Below are positions 62,501 to 64,000 of a stretch of DNA of 64,000 nt, one piece after another (position 1 is the first letter of the stretch; each line of letters opens with the position of its first letter). The stretch comes from Centroscyllium fabricii (Eukaryota). The stretch covers positions 276,644,001 through 276,708,000 of the forward strand of contig JBNRSN020000008.1 of NCBI GenBank assembly GCA_051313645.2, given 5' to 3'. The translations under genes were made by a program, and so were the position numbers. A model generated the notes under the pieces. It saw only the letters and a list, made by a program, of their open reading frames with translations, was not told the origin of the DNA and ran no database searches.

Positions 62501-64000
62501 CTAGTATCTGAAGACAGGGCCTTGGTTTTCCCAGACTCAGGGGGAGATGTCATCGAGTATCTGAAGACAGGAACTTGGTTTTTCCCAGACTCAGGGGGAG
62601 ATGTGATCGAGTATCTGAAGACTGGGACTTGGTTTTCCCAGACTCAGAGAGAGATGTGATCGAGTATCTGAAGACAGGACCTTGTTTTTCCCAGGACTCA
62701 GAGGGAGATGTGATGTAGTATCTGAAGACAGGACCTTGGTTTTCACGGGACTCAGAGGGAGATGTGATCGAGTATCTGAAGACAGGGCCTTGGTTTTCAC
62801 GGGACTCAGAGGGAGATGTGATCTAGTATCTGAAGACAGGGCCTTGGTTTTCCCAGGACTCAGAGGGAGATGTGATCGAGTATCTGAAGACAGGGCCTTG
62901 GTTTTCCCAGACTCAGAGGGAGATGTGATCTAGTATCTGAAGACAGGGCCTTGGTTTTCACGGGACTCAGAGGGAGATGTGATCGAGTATCTGAAGACAG
63001 GGCCTTGGTTTTCCCAGACTCAGAGAGAGATGTGATCGAGTATCTGAAGACAGGACCTTGGTTTTCCCAGGACTCAGAGGGAGATGTGATCTAGTAACTG
63101 AAGACAGGACCTTGGTTTTCACGGGACTCAGAGGGAGATGTGATCTAGTATCTGAAGACAGAGCCTTGGTTTTCACGGGACTCAGAGGGAGATGTGATCT
63201 AGTATCTGAAGACAGGACCTTGGTTTTCACCGGACTCAGGGAGATGTGATCGAGTATCTGAAGACAGGGTCTTGGTTTTCCCAGACTCAGAGGGAGATGT
63301 GATCTAGTATCTGAAGACAGGACCTTGGTTTTCCCAGGACTCAGGGGGAGATGTGATCGAGTATCTGAAGACAGGACCTTGGTTTTCACCGGACTCAGAG
63401 GGAGATGTGATCTAGTATCTGAAGACAGGGCCTTGGTTTTCCCGGGACTCAGAGGGAGATGTGATCGAGTATCTGAAGACAGGGCCTTGGTTTTCCCAGA
63501 CTCAGAGGGAGATGTGATCGAGTATCTGAAGACAGGGCCTTGGTTTTCCCAGGACTCAGAGGGAGATGTGATCTAGCATCTGAAGACAGAGCCTTGGTTT
63601 TCCCAGACTCAGGGGGAGATGTGATCTAGTATCTGAAGACAGGGCCTTGGTTTTCACGGGACTCAGAGGGAGATGTGATCGAGTATCTGAAGACAGGGCC
63701 TTGGTTTTCCCAGGACTCAGAGAGAGATGTGATCTAGTATCTGAAGACAGGGCCTTGGTTTTCCCAGACTCAGAGAGAGATGTGATATAGTATCTGAAGA
63801 CAGCACCTTGGTTTTCCCGGGACTCAGAGGGAGATGTGATCGAGTATCTGAAGACAGGACATTGGTTTTCCCAGACTCAGAGGGAGATGTGATCTAGTAT
63901 CTGAAGACAGGGCCTTGGTTTTCCCAGGACTCAGAGGGAGATGTGATCGAGTATCTGAAGACAGGACCTTGGTTTTTCACAGACTCAGAGGGAGATGTGA
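59530..64000. repeat. Near-perfect duplication, offset 2574 bp (48 monomers), running off the window end
   Basis: ORF pairs 59740/62314, 60017/62591, 60393/62967, 60751/63325. Shared variants TAGTAACTG, GGACACAGG, GTCATCGAG. Confidence 0.9.

Larger units (their letters stand above)
27263..64000. repeat. 54-bp tandem satellite array, right arm (continues beyond window end)
   Basis: The same monomer resumes in the same orientation at (A)TCTGAAGACAGGGCCTTGG directly after the LINE tail and runs to the end of the window. Confidence 0.99.

Noticed and set aside
1-64000. Hundreds of repetitive ORFs (VFTGLRGRCDRVSEDRAL, KTKALSSDTRSHLPLSPV, DSEGDVIEYLKTGPWFS) as repeat-protein genes
   Set aside because: 54 bp equals 18 codons, so stop-free frames stay open automatically. 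They occur on both strands, mostly use non-ATG starts, and are broken by frequent 53-bp monomers, showing no selection on frame.
1-64000. CRISPR array
   Set aside because: Monomers abut with no unique spacers, there are no cas genes, and the context is eukaryotic.
1-64000. CENP-B box or telomeric (TTAGGG)n repeats
   Set aside because: I saw no TTCGNNNNANNCGGG in the consensus or common variants (the GTGTTCGAG variant fails the rest of the motif) and no TTAGGG tracts.
1-64000. Strong G-quadruplex-forming repeat
   Set aside because: The top strand has G3-G5 runs, but any four consecutive runs include loops of about 12 and over 20 nt, so the canonical short-loop pattern is not met.
1-64000. 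Tandem tRNA, 5S or snRNA gene array
   Set aside because: The 54-bp unit is too short and shows no cloverleaf, no convincing A/B boxes and no recognisable RNA gene sequence.

Overview
This window is eukaryotic, probably vertebrate, repetitive DNA rather than a prokaryotic locus. About 62 kb is one head-to-tail satellite array of a 54-bp monomer with frequent 53-bp and occasional 52/55-bp variants (roughly 1,150 copies, estimated from length). The consensus is GGTTTTC[A/C]C[N]GGACTCAG[A/G]GGGAGATGTGATC[G/T]AGTATCTGAAGACAGG[G/A]CCTT. The array is a patchwork of nested kilobase-scale duplications (offsets 4567, 11286, 2528, 3172, ~5.4-5.75 kb, 1615, 2201, 2574 bp). It is interrupted once, at 25234-27262, by a 5'-truncated CR1-clade LINE. 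That element has an uninterrupted 643-codon ORF2 fragment (RT, no endonuclease), a 3'UTR hairpin and a (TTCTATGA)4 tail. Its 3' end resembles cartilaginous-fish CR1 elements. Paralogous empty sites in the array imply a ~7-bp target-site deletion and no TSD. The most speculative observation is that the satellite monomer resembles the conserved CR1 ORF2 C-terminal RLRGDLIEVYK segment, so the satellite may itself derive from a CR1 element. All other ORFs in the track are artefacts of the 18-codon repeat or antisense shadows of the LINE ORF. I found no convincing new gene system.
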